Part shown: one piece after another, positions 36,575 to 48,995 of the stretch
How positions within the stretch are numbered: the stretch's first letter is position 1
How the letters are laid out: the number at the start of each line of letters is the position of its first letter
Origin: Vicugna vicugna
Taxonomy: Eukaryota
Length of the DNA stretch: 64,000 nucleotides
Reading direction: 5' to 3'
Assembly: GCA_013265495.1 (NCBI GenBank)
Contig: MU061579.1
Span: 6,796,124-6,860,123, forward strand
Notes under the pieces: model-generated
What the model was told of the DNA's origin: nothing
Databases searched by the model: none
The model's input: the letters and a program-made list of their open reading frames with translations, nothing else
Program-made: the position numbers and the translations under genes

Positions 36575-37660
36575 TATTTTAAACCTTTTATTTGAAAATA
36601 ATTTTGAACATGCAAGAATAGTACAAAAAATGCGTGTATCTGTTTTACACAGATTTACCATTGTTAATATCTTGCCCCATTTGCTTTACATTTATTATTT
36701 GCTATCTACCTACATTTCTTCTGAACCACATGAGTACAAATTACATACCATGTTTTTACCTCTCAATGTTTTAGTGTGTATTTTCTAAAAATTAGGGTAT
36801 TCTCTTCCATAATCATTATAGTTTTTAACTTTTAGTGATCTATCAACTGTATTGTAACTTTATCAACAGATGGAACAAAGGCCTGTATAGCATTTTTTCT
36901 TCAGTGTAAGATCCAGTCTAGGATCACGTAGTGCATTTAATTTTCAGACTTCTTGAGTCTCCTTTAATCTGGAATAATTTCTCGGCCTTTATCTTTTAGG
37001 ACATTGACATTTTTGAAGAATACATATATCCTTCCCCCTTTTCCTTGTTAGTAGAAAGATCATGATTTGGAATTTCTCTAATGTTTCCTCATAATTAGAT
37101 TACCATTCTTAATATAAATATTACGCAAATAACTTTATGTGCTTCTCAGGGTATCACATATAGTAGCACATGATGTCCATCTGCCCTTTGTCGTTGATTT
37201 TAACTTTGATCACCTGGCCAACGTATGGTCCAGTTACCCTATTGTGTAGTTACTATTTTTTTCCCTTGCAATTAGCAAACAATGTAGGGAGACACTTTAA
37301 GACCATGTATATATCCTGCTCTGCATCAAAAATGTCACCCTTGATTTATCATTCATTTGTGATTCTTGCGTGAATCATGTGCATGAATTTTGCAAACATG
37401 ATAGTTGCAAAATATTGATTTTTAAACTCCAGCACTCTCTACACATCAACCAATCATCACTCAGCCTTAAGAGCCCTCCTTTCTCCCCAGTTGTTTACTT
37501 ATTTATTTATAATCAGTGTATACTCATGGATTTCTATTTCATACAATGTTTCTGAAATAATTACTATACTTAACTATTTTGATGGTTAAAAAAGCCCACA
37601 ATTTGACTTTTGTGAGCCCTTGAAGTGGGCTTCTAGGTCTTGTGACTTGCCTATGATAAT
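36575..37660 (-). mobile_element. L1MC-type 3'UTR
   Basis: ttttatttgaaaataatttt...gcaagaatagtacaaa...attgttaatatcttgccccatttgcttt...taactttgatcacctgg, reverse L1MC4/5 3' end. Confidence 0.85.
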
Positions 37661-37699
37661 ATACTCCTTAATATAATGTATGGTGGGACTGTGGGCACC

Positions 37700-37835
37700 A
37701 GTGGTTTTAACATCTGTTCTTTCTATGTCCTGCTTATAATACCCAGGTGCTTACAACTGCAGATTCCTTGTTAATACCCAAACCTACTGAATTAACAAAC
37801 TCAGATGATTTTTATGAACGATAAAGATCAAAATC
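37700..37835. mobile_element. MER5-type MITE remnant
   Basis: cagtggttttaac...acccaggtgcttacaactgcagattcc...acctactgaatt...cagatgatttttatg. Confidence 0.6.
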
Positions 37836-37837
37836 AG

Positions 37838-38336
37838 TGAAATAGGTATCAAAGGAAAAGTAGGCAAGAAAGACTTTATTCAAGACTATTGCAAAAGGAG
37901 TCAAGACTAATGCTACTGAAAATAGAGACTGAACTCAATTCCACTGAATTAAAAGGTAGGCGAATTTTTAAGTGCTGGGGTGAGCTCATGGAAAAGAACT
38001 GGAGGACATTAGGGAGGAGGTTGGTTAATGTGATCAGGCCATCTGTGTTTGCTAAGTGGCATGTATCCAACAAATTAGGCTCCTATCCTCCCAAAGAAAC
38101 TGAAGAGAGGGCCCTATCTTTCTTGATGATTACATTTCAAACGGATGGCTCCCAATTCCTCCAGAAAGACATTCCAGGATTTTAGAAGATTTACATCTCA
38201 AAGAGGCAGAAAAATAATTTCAACTGCAAATCTGAAGTAAATGCTCTAAGAAAAGGGAGATCAGGGACCTTGCAGTCAGGAAGAAATCTGTGTAAAGCTT
38301 AGTCAAGCTGAGGGACTGTTAAAGCCATCTTGGTCA
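37838..38336 (-). mobile_element. ERV1 solo LTR (MER31/MER67 group)
   Basis: Reverse strand starts tgaccaagatggctttaacagtccctcagcttgactaagc...cttttcttagagcatttactt...tttgagatgtaaatcttc. Reverse polyA tttatt ~37875. Confidence 0.85.
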
Positions 38337-38344
38337 ATAATAAG

Positions 38345-38690
38345 TCTTTAGCAAGGCAGGATCCAGGTCTATTTTGTTCAGTCTTTATTCACCTTGCCTG
38401 TAGCTAACTCAGTTCCTGCCATGTAGTGGGCTCTTATTAAGTATATGTAGAATGAATAAATAAATTAATACTGCATTTATGATCAGAGTCATCAAGGAAA
38501 TTTACTTAAGCTTTGTAGGTATTCCTCTGTTTCTTTAGGCAGTATCTTCCAAATTTGTTTGAAAATTTAAAAATCACCTGGAGCACTTTATAAAATATCG
38601 AATTCCAGAGCTATACTTCAGATATGATTGGATTGCAATGTCAGGCAGTAGGGGCTAACTATCTGCATCTTAATACAATTTAAAATGCTA
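38345..38690. mobile_element. L2 tail (+, ~38345-38470) and MER5 fragment (~38540-38690)
   Basis: aaggcaggatccaggtctattttgttca...gaatgaataaa, then aatcacctggagcacttta...atctgcatcttaa. Confidence 0.7.
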
Positions 38691-39378
38691 CCAAGAGAGA
38701 TGATTTAAGATCCATTTCCTTAACATCTCAGCACTGTATTTTTCAAAAAACCCAACCTGTTTTTATTTTGATAAGATGTCAAGTGACTGTTTTAGTCTCA
38801 AATTTAAAGAAAAGATTCAGTTGCCATTTCCAAACACAAGGGTGCCTGTGATGCTATTGAGCACTGGTCTTAATCATACCCTCTTCTGTTGTAGCCCTCA
38901 GGTTTATGGAAAGCATAAGAGCAGGACCCACTGAGATTTTAAATGACGCCTCAGCTACTGCTGTGTTCTGAAATCTAGAGGTGTTGCACTATTAGCATTT
39001 GCTTCAATTACTATTATAGTAAAAGTTTGATCCAATTAGAACTTCTTAAGTAAGCCTGTGATTTAAAAAATAGCTACAAAAAAAATGTTTTCTTCTGAAT
39101 GTGTCCTGGATTCTATCAAGAGAATGGGGCAATATAAAATCCTAGGGAGGCTGATGGCATGTGTTCCCTTCTTGAAAAGTAGCTGAAGAAATTCATCGTC
39201 TCTGTAATTATCTTAACTGGGATTAAAAAGGGGAAATACCCATTAATTAGTATCAGTTATGTAACTTTCAGATAATTGGTGAGAAAACTTTCAAATCTTG
39301 CATTACTATGAAAATTAAAGTTTTCTTCAAAGGCTATGGGGATTATAGTAAAAATAACTTCCAGTGCTGGCTAAGAGC

Positions 39379-39884
39379 TGTCAACTGAAATAAAATGCAT
39401 AACTTAAAAGCTGAGAGTTATGTTTTATTTGGTGGACTTTCTGAGAACTAGAGCCCGGGAGGCAGCCTTTCAGAGAGTTCTAAGAGACTGTTCCAACCAG
39501 GCAAGTGAGAAGTCAGGATATATAGGAGGTTTTGCAATAAAGGCCAGAGAATCAGAACATCAAAAGATTACTGTTAATTAAAGAAAACCAGACATCAAAT
39601 TAAGGAATTTAGCATTTTTCTATGTATGGGAAGGTGCAAAGATCTGGGCTCATTGAAATCATTCCTTTGATATGCACCTAGCTATATAAAACCAGTATCC
39701 TGTTCTTCCATATCCTGAGTTCCCTTGAGTTGCACCACTGAGGATGGCAGCAGGGGCCGTGCTGCCTGATTGTCTGCATCCTGAGTTCCCTCCACTCACT
39801 CTCCTGGGTGGCGGTGGTGGCTGCTAACTCAATGGCCACAGCATCCTTTGTTTACCAAGTGGCTGGCAGTATTTTTCATTTACA
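39379..39884 (-). mobile_element. MER41-like ERV1 solo LTR (laurasiatherian type) inserted into a MIR
   Basis: tgtcaactgaaataaaatgcataacttaaaagctgagagttatgttttattt...caggatatatagg...ctgggctcattgaaatcattcctttgatatgcacct. TG...CA, TSD GAGC/GGGC. Confidence 0.85.
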
Positions 39885-40075
39885 GGGCTTACTGTTCCAG
39901 GCACTCTTCCATGTGGTTCTGTGCATCATCTCATTTAATCCTCACAATGGCCATATGAGATAGCTAATTATTATCCTTATTTTACAGATGAAGACACTGA
40001 GGCTCAGAGAGGTTAATTAACCTGCTCAAGACCACAATATTATTATGTGTAGAAGCAGGGCTTCAAATTTGCGTG
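39885..40075 (-). mobile_element. MIR SINE (split by the LTR above)
   Basis: tctcatttaatcctcacaa...attttacagatgaagacactgaggctcagagaggtta. Confidence 0.92.
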
Positions 40076-40127
40076 TGCAGGGGCTGGGGAGATGTCCTTA
40101 GAGTTAGCACTAATGTAACCCTTTAAA

Positions 40128-40363
40128 ATGGTGATTCTCAATTGGGGATCAATTTTGCACCCACTCTCCAGAGGATATTAACAATGTCTAGAGACATTTT
40201 TGTTTGTCACACCGAGTAGCAGGGGTGTGTGTGCTACTGGCATCTAGTGGGTAGAGACCAATGATGCTGCTCAACATCTTACAGTAATGCACAGAACAAT
40301 TCCTACAACAAAGAATCATCCAGACCAAAATGTCAGTAGTGAGTGCCAAGGTTAAGAAAACCT
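40128..40363 (+). mobile_element. MER20 hAT-Charlie MITE, near full length
   Basis: caatgtctagagacattttt...tgctactggcatctagtgggtagagacca...acaacaaagaatcatccagaccaaaatgtcagtagtg...gccaaggttaagaaa. Confidence 0.92.
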
Positions 40364-41619
40364 TTAATATAAAACCTGAAATGAATTTTCTTAGCAAACT
40401 AGATTAGAGTGTTTGACATCACCAAGAATTCCTCAGGCCAAATGCGTTTGATAGGCTCTCTCCCCATCAAACTAAAATGTAAGGAGCTGTAAAATCTCTC
40501 CAATTACTGGCAGCAGGGTAGGGTAGAGCTGTACACACCGATACCAGTTTTTGGGAGGAGTGCATTGTTTTTGAGAGACTTTCCATGTATGCTAAAGAAA
40601 CAAACTTTTAGCTCAATAGAAAATAAAACCTCCTAAGGTTAATATTTTATAGGGGAAAAAAATGTGTTGTTTCCTGGGAATGTCTCATGCCATTAAAGAG
40701 GAAAACCCATACTGTCAATTTCAAGCCTGGAGAGAACACTGAAAAAAAAATCTCTATGGTATATTAAAAACCTTTATTTTAATCTAGTGTTTCATCAAAA
40801 CTGCTTGCCAGATCTGTTGATTATAAAGCTGCCTGTTTCCGCAGTCTCTGAGTCAGCTCTACCAGATGTTTTATTTCATGAATAATTGTTTCTTCAAAGA
40901 TATTTTCATTTCAGAGCAAATGCATTGAAATGTTAATTTCTGTGAAATTGAGGTGATTGGGGAAATATACCGTCAATGTTATATTCATTAAGAGCTAAGA
41001 TTCTATTTAATTGCAATTAACAGGACTTCCCTGATTTCAAATTAAATTTGGATGAAAGTAAGCAATTCAAATATGGCAAAATCATAAGATGTTATTTAAA
41101 AATCAACATAATTTTATATTTCCTTGCTTGCTCTTTCGAACACAGGAATTAAAATATATTCCAACTGGAAAAGGAATAAAAGTGAATGAGTCTACCAGGA
41201 ATTAAATTTAATCTTTCTTTTTGAAGACACATTTGACAAATTTTGAGAGAATATCAAAAGAATATTTTATATTTTTTAAATTAATGAATTAGACAAATAC
41301 CTCTTTCTCCAGTCATATTTCAAAGTCAATACACCTAAGCTACAGGTATTTAGTATATACTTTCAATGTTTAAGTGATTCCTTTTCTAAACCAGCATCTT
41401 TGAGGTCTTTGGAACAGATGACAATAAAATGAAATTCTGATACTTTTATTTTTAAATATATCTCTTTATTATAGTTGTTCTCAGTTGCTAACAATAATTT
41501 CCCTGTCAAATGCAAAACGCTGCATGTAAAATATTTTTCAAACTTAAGAAGGTTATGGATAAGAAATCAATTTGCATTTTCATTTGTAAAGAGGAAGCAA
41601 TTACTAAGTAAAGCAATCT

Positions 41620-41770
41620 TAGAGCTAGAAGAGCCTTAAAAATTTACCTAGTGCATCCCATTTCATTTTAGAGGCAAGAACACTGATGTCAGAAAGGGTG
41701 ATTTTTTTCAAAGTAACACAGGATGAAGAGTGTACCTCCACACATGGTACTAGAAAATCCTTGGACCCTG
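41620..41770 (-). mobile_element. MIR/MIR3 remnant
   Basis: ttagagctagaagagccttaaa...tttcattttagaggcaagaacactgatgtcagaaagggtga. Confidence 0.65.
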
Positions 41771-42349
41771 GGGTGCTGGAGCTTCTCCTAACCCTGGAAT
41801 ACTGCTGCCCCGATTTAATCTCTCTTAACAGTTCTCAGTCTTATGAAGGAAAAGTCAATGAAGGGTGAAAAGGAAGAAATAAAAGAAGTAAGGCATTTCG
41901 GCAAAGACTACTGGCAAGATTTAACTGCTGAAGGATACCCAGAGAAGGAAAAAAGTGAACTATTTTGAAATCATATTTAAATAATTATAATGACCCAGAA
42001 CTTTTCTTTTTGACTTGGGACATGGAAAAGGGAAGGAGAATACATTCTTCATTCTCATTTGTCCTTCCCTTTATTATTCACTTGTGACATCCATTATTCA
42101 GGTACCCAGACCAGCCCAATGTAGTGTAACTTGTTTAATTCATGATATACATGAACTAAAAGTCCTGAGATTCACTGACATCTGAACTTTCTAGGCCTTC
42201 AAGTTCTGAAAGGTTAATGAGTAAAGGAGAGTCCCCTTGTAAGGCACCATCACCCAACACTGCAGATTAAAGAGATTAGACATCAAGCAGAAGCACCTTC
42301 ATGTCCACGGTGAAGGGAATCCAGGAGAGCAGGTAGTAGCAGCCATTCA

Positions 42350-42767
42350 TGGTCACAAGTTTTTAGCTACTCTGATAATCTCCAAAACTTACAAAGTCTC
42401 AATGGGATAAAAGTTTATTCTCACATATTTAAATTTCAAATAGATATTCCTAACTTACCAGTCACTCTGCTTCAGTGAATCAGGGACTTAGACTCTGCCT
42501 CATCTATCTCTGCTATCTTCAAGTCCTGATTTCCAAGGTCACCATGCTTGTCTACTTCAATCCTGAAAGAGAAAAAGCAAAGCAGATTGATCACCCATGG
42601 AGATTTTTTACATCAGACCTGGAAATAGAATATGTCACTTCCACTCACATTCCATTGCTGAGAATTCAGTCATGTGGTCACATCTAACTGCATAGGAAAC
42701 TGGGAAATGCAGTTCAGCTATGTGCCTCAGAAGAAGAGAAAGAAGGTTTGGTCAACCATTAGCCACA
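42350..42767 (-). mobile_element. MaLR LTR (MLT1I/J-like)
   Basis: atgtcacttccactcacattccattg...cagtcatgtggtcacatctaactgcataggaaactgggaaatgcagt...gccaca. Confidence 0.85.
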
Positions 42768-44799
42768 GGTCTCTTGGAAAAATTCTAATAAAAATCATAC
42801 TTCAAAAATTTACCTGTTATCCCCACCCTCCAAAAAAAAGAAATTAAAAAATTTTAATTGTCTCTCTGAGCAGCACTATACTTTTTAAAAAATTATATAA
42901 AATATAAATGTATTTTATATATGTGTATGTACATATACATACATACATATATATGTATTTTTTATTCTCACAAACAGTTCATATTGAAAAAGTCAGTCTA
43001 AAAATTTTTCATTGATCCCACCTGGACTTGAAATCACACTCATCAATAGCCAACCTTATCAGAGATTGTTTATTCAGGCAAGTCCCATACACTAATTCTC
43101 TAGTATGTCAGTGTGCTGTTTGGTACAGGATATATACAAGGACTAGCTCTTAAAATACACAACCTTGTGCATTTTCATTAGAACCTAACGAACAGAAACT
43201 AACAGAGCACCCAGTAGAGACGTTCACATATGTATTTATAGCTGACCCTAAAGCCATCTCAGGGGCTAACTTGGGCAGAATTTCAGGTGTTCAGAAATGC
43301 AAAATGAATTCCTATTTTAATTAATGCTTAAAAGTAAATTGCATTAAGAGAATATACGCAAGACAAGATCACCTGTCATAATAATAAAAAATGCTTCCCA
43401 TATTTGCACAGTATGTACAATCTAAACAATCCCTTCAGCACATTTTAATTTTGTATTTGTTCATACTGTTCAATCAGTTTTCATCTGGGTATTACAATAC
43501 CAATATACATGTACTACTTACTGGGGAAATATGAATAATTTTTGATCCATTGTTATTACAACCCATCTCATGAAGTGACTTTGGAAATATTATATCATCT
43601 TGTCATCCCCAGTTTTGTAGCTCTGGTGTCCTTAATAAATTTATGGCTGAGGGAGACCTGTGCAATCAGAAAACTGCCTCAGAGTGAGCCTGGCCTTGGT
43701 GAAAGCTGAGTAGCCTAAGGAAGCTATTACTTAAAGCAGCCTCTCCCAAGCTGGGAAATATTTCAAATTAAAAATGAAAAGCAGCCTCACAAACTCAAAT
43801 CACATGTCAGATGATTGTGCTAATGACCTGTCAACAATTTCTTTAAATTCCTCTCTGTCTCTTCTACAGGGAAAGAAACACTACTTCTTAATTAGCACAT
43901 TCACTAGTTGTCCCTTCATGGAAAGCATTTAGCTGGCTTCTGTGAAGCAAAGTCAGTAAGACCTGGCCCCTACCTCAACAAACTAACCATCTGTTGAGAG
44001 TCACAGGGAAGTGGAATCAGGAATAGAGAAACATCTCAGGTGGGAATGTGAGATGTGCTGAGTAGTCGCTTTCTCATGTTGTAGAAAAATACGGGCAAGG
44101 ATGTTGGCAAAGAATAATAAGTAGGGATGTATTTCCATATGCTGTGCTAGGCTTTTTAAATTAGCTCCATTGGTATGCGCTTAAAAGCAGGAGAGCAGTT
44201 CAAAATATTTACCAACTAGTACAGTTTGGGCACCAACTCAACAGTATACCCTGAATCTAAGCAACTAATCTGGCTTTACCAAAGAGTGCCAGCAGTGGGT
44301 GCCATGCTCAAGAGGTGAATTGAACACACAGTGAACCAAGAGAAGGTTGTAGCAGAACAGAGGCTATTGGAGGCTGCATAGGCCTACTATTGGATGAGGG
44401 AACACCAAACCCTTAAAGGTGATTTTTGTCTTTGCTCTGCAAGACCAACTCTGTTGTTACATCAGGAAATGGGGGCCAGATAGAATAAAGCCACTCCCAG
44501 CAATTGAGACTCTGCCATCCTGTGATTTCTCTAGGCCATCCAGAGGCTCCAAGTCATCTCATGGTGATAGATGTATTTCTAAAACCCTGGGATTTGAACA
44601 GAAACTAAGCTATTGGAATGTTGAGAAAATAGTTGTAATGGCTTATTTTTTTTTTAAATACAAAATTGAAACAAAGAAAATGCTAAATAATATATGTTGA
44701 AATATTTGCCTGTGGAATATGAGGTGTCCTTTTTGCACAGTCATCCAGTTGTTCTGCACAAATTAAACAGCTTGATTAGGGAACTCCCCTTACACCACC

Positions 44800-45080
44800 A
44801 CGCGCACATACCTTTCTGCTGCACGCACACATGCAACCTTTTCTCAGATACTATAGCTCTTCCTAACTTCTAATTGTCTCTATTTTTTTCCATAATGTAT
44901 ATAATTATCCAAAATAGTATTTTTTGTTGAACTTTTCTCCCCCAATAGAGTATCAGCTTCATGAGATAAAGGATTTGGTTTTATTATTATTCTGTTCATT
45001 CCTGCATCCACCCATAACTAGAACAATGTTTGGGACATAGTAAACTCTCAATAAATATTGGTGTATTATAAATAATTAAT
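44800..45080 (+). mobile_element. L2a 3' end
   Basis: ctccccc aatagagtatcagcttcatgag...ctagaacaatgtttgggacatagtaaactctcaataaatatt. Confidence 0.8.
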
Positions 45081-45789
45081 AACCATCATTGTCATCTAGT
45101 AAAGAGTTAATCTGTTTCAGTTATAGACACTTTAGAAGTTAAATTTTTTAGCATGAATGTCCATACCAGTTTGGGGATAGAAATGGGGTGATACCAATAA
45201 TAACTTCAATCCTGACCCCTCTTCCCAGCCTGGTGTTTCCACAGGTTGCCTCTCATTTTCTCACAAACTGGGCCTAATCTCAAATCATCCTGAGGCAAAT
45301 TTGTCTGGTGTTTTCTTCCCCATATCCCTTCTCCATCAGATTAACATCCACTGCCCTCTAAACCATGGGAGAATACCTCCAGCTACCACACTAGACGTTG
45401 TTCACCATGAAAGCACCCATCCTAGTGCTACCCTTTGCTTCTCTCAGAGCCAACTATCCTCAGGATGCTGGAGTGGTAGAGCAGTACCTGCAGGAGATGG
45501 AGAACGCCCCTTTTTCTCAAATGGTGTCCCACTATAACTGAACTTCAAGTACTGATTTTTGTCAACTTCTGGCTCCAATCACTCTGTCCATAGCGACCAG
45601 TATCAAATCAAGGGACTTGGAAGGTGACAAAGAGCATGACTCCTTCTCCACCTCCCTCCCCCAGTTCATCTTTCCCTCACCTGCTTAATAGGCCACCCTG
45701 AAAATTTCTTTTCTCTTCTTTTGGCAAAACCTTCTCTCATGTACATGAGTCACTAAGTCACCAGTTCCACAAACACCATCTGAGTCCCA

Positions 45790-45995
45790 CTTTGAATTTT
45801 TTTCAGAAACCTTAATACCCTACAATAACACTATCAGGGAGGCATTATTATTCCCATTTTATAGATGAAGAAATCGGTATTTATTCAGTTGGAGTGACTT
45901 ATTTAAAATCACAAAACTGAGAAGTAATGAAAGATGAAAGTGGAATTCAATGTCAGAATTTTTATTTAATCTCAAGTCTGAGCTCTGAATGGCTA
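45790..45995 (-). mobile_element. MIR SINE
   Basis: ggcattattattcccattttatagatgaagaaatc. Confidence 0.8.
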
Positions 45996-47529
45996 AACCA
46001 TATCTGTTTAAAATAAACATACTGAGCAGCATTACTCTTTTCATGAAACATAGTAATAGGGAAAGAAGGAAGCAAATGTACTCTTAGAGGGCTGGAAAAG
46101 ATAGGCTAAGGAGCCGGAAGAACAAGGGTCATAATGAACATGGGCAAAACTGTAATCATTTCACCTGGAATGATATGGATTCTAATTTTGGCTTTGATCC
46201 CAGCCTCTCCTCAGTCTCTTAGGCAGTTAACCAGTTTACCTACAGTACGTCAGAAGGGACCTGCCACCTTAACCCTCATCCAGCTGTCTCCCTATTTAAA
46301 ACACCTGGTCTCACTGTCATCCCACCTAAAAGATATTACACTTCATTATATTGAAGATCTAAGAATAAAGACCAAATCATTTCCTAAATGTTGTTAATTC
46401 AATCCTATCAATTGTGTAATCAGGTCCTTTGAAAGTGTAGAACTACCTAGTAATTAGTGAATAAAGGGACTAAAATAATATTTGTGAAGCTGTTAATCTA
46501 ATCCAAATAGTTGGACTTCACATGCCAGAGAGTCAGCCCCTCTCAGTCAATACAAAAGTGGAGAGTGCTTTGAAGTATTACATATATTTATATAATGTAC
46601 ACCTTTTTCCACTTTAGCATCCTAGCAAAGTACTTGCAGTGGTTACAAATATTTTTAATTAATTTAGAAACAACCTTTAATCATCTCACCCATCTTTCTG
46701 CCAGTAAAAGATAGTCTCTGGGTTACAGTTCTTTTTGTTTTTTAACTTTAAATTTCTCAAATTATGGGCAGTTTAACAGTTTCCTTAGAAATTAAACTAG
46801 AGGAAGGAAAAAAAAGGAAAGTGTATAAAGTAATAATTAAGCTTAACTCCAGTCCAGTTCTTCATAAGTCTCCCAAAATTGCTTGCAAATGCTATTATTT
46901 CAGGCAAATTTAGAAAGCTACTTGTACCAGTGCATATTAAAAGAGTGTCAGGGGAAAATGCAAATTTGCATGCCTGAAGCAAAGACTAAGCCAGAATGCA
47001 TGGAGGCTACAGAGAAATGTTAAAGCGTTAACAGATGCTAGATTGGGCACATTAACATAGAGCTTCTCGCGTACTGAGAGGAGAGGGAGGAGTTAGGACC
47101 CAGGCTGTTTCAGTGACTAAATCTCCATTTCTCTTCCTCTCCCTCTTGTAATACCTCGCGGCCCTCTAATTCGCCTCCAGCCACTTCTCTTTTCTCTTAC
47201 TCTCCTTTCCTCTTCTCTCAACTCACAAAATATTACAAGGGCAGCTAGCAGGGGGACATGGTAAAGACATTCATGTCCCTTTTCTGCCTCAAACCCTGAG
47301 CAGAGCTCAGGACTGCCAAGCTGGTCCAGGTAAGGTTGAGCCTCAAGAAATACAGGTGTGTGTCTAAGGCTTTCTAATTTGTTTATAATGAAGGCATATA
47401 AAAATCCCCTCTAATATTTTGGGGGCTCAGATATGTGATAAAATGTAATTGTGGTGTCAAATGTCATTCTTCAGAGTTTAATGTTATCAAAGAAGATCCA
47501 TGCATCCATTAGCAACTCACCAATAATCT

Positions 47530-47755
47530 CAAAATATGGTCATGAGAATATTGAGAGCACCTTACCAACTCAGACACTGAGTATTGAATATATGCCATAT
47601 AGCCACTTTGAGAGACAGGTTCTTTTCTATCCTCAGTTTATAGGTGAAGAAATTGGAGTCTAAAAATGTTAAGCAATTTATTTGTCAGATAATCAGTAAC
47701 AGAGGTGGGACTCAAACACTTGTCTGCCAAAACTTCTTAGAACTAAGCCACACGA
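47530..47755 (-). mobile_element. MIR SINE
   Basis: attgagagcaccttacc...cctcagtttataggtgaagaaattggag...agaggtgggactcaaacac. Confidence 0.75.
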
Positions 47756-47814
47756 TTAATAATCATCTGGTATTTCTTCTCTTTATCTTCTTTCAATGAC
47801 TTTCCTATTATTTT

Positions 47815-47958
47815 CTTTTTTCTTTAAAGTATAGTCAGTTTACAATGTGTCAGTTCCTGGCACAGCAAAACAGTTCAGTCATACATGTACATACATATAT
47901 TCATTTTCATATACTTTTTCATTATAGGTTGCTACAAGATACTGAATATAGTTCCATG
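47815..47958 (-). mobile_element. Short lineage-specific L1 3' end with TSD
   Basis: T-rich tail then aagtatagtcagtttacaatgtg...cattataggttgctacaagatactgaatatagttcc. TSD TTCCTATTATTTT (47802-47814) / TTCCTATCATTTT (47959-47971). Confidence 0.88.
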
Positions 47959-48637
47959 TTCCTATCATTTTTCTTTACTTCTACCAACCCATAGTTACCA
48001 GGCACCTGATTCTCATGGATCTTCCTTTCCTTCCTCCTTTTCCAACTGAAGTTGCTATTATCTTATCCCTTCGGATGACCTACTCTATGAGAAATGGAAG
48101 TAGCCATCAAATACCCTTCCCAAGGCAGGGAGCCCATGAGACCCATCTCTAAAATGGTTCTAGGGCATGATCCAGGGTTCCTGTCAAAAGTCAAATCCCT
48201 TCATTTTCTTCATTTTAAATCAATCTCTAGACCAAAAAAAAAAATGTGGATATGTTAGACACATGTAACCTAGTGACCAATGAGAAGAATTATCAGTCCA
48301 AACAGCTGAAGATGTATATTAATTAGTCCAACTGCCATTCGAGAGGGGAAAGGAATAGGTGAGCCTTGGGAATAGAGGAGACAATAACACCATCTGACTA
48401 ATGACCTCCCCATGAGAGGCAAGGAGTTCACTTTTAAGAGTTACAGTGGTGGAAATAAATGATGCTGGCTTCGTGGAGGCAAGGACTCCTGGTCCAGCTC
48501 CCACTTCTCTTCCCTCTTCTTCACTGAGGACAGAGGCAGTAGGAACAGCTACAAAGGATAATGTAACCTTAATTAACAGTGATTCCATATTTACATCCAC
48601 TCCATCAGGTATAACACAAGAAAACAGAATTCATGCC

Positions 48638-48995
48638 TGCTATAGATTCAAAGTTTGTGTCCTTCTCAAAAATTCATATATAGAAGCCTTAATCTCCAGT
48701 GTGATGACATTTGGAAGTGGGGCCTTTGGGAGGTAATTAGATTTAGATTAAGTCATGAGGTTGACGCCCTCAGCATCCCATCATAAGAAGAGGAAGAGAC
48801 CAGAACTCTGCCACTTGATTATATGGCAAGAAGGTGGCTGTCTCCAAAACAGGAAGAGGGCTCTTACCAGACACCAAATCTGCCACATCTTGACCTTGGA
48901 TTTCTCAGCCTTCAGAGCTGTGGGAAATAAATTTCTGCTATGTAAGCTACCAAGTCTATGGTATTTTGTTATAGTAGCCCCAGCAACCTAAGACA
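48638..48995 (+). mobile_element. MLT1A/MLT1A0 MaLR solo LTR, full length
   Basis: tgctatagatt...aaaattcatat...ggggcctttgggaggtaattag...aataaatttctg...gtattttgttatagtagccc...taagaca. Perfect 5-bp TSD ATGCC (48633-37, 48996-49000). Confidence 0.95.
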
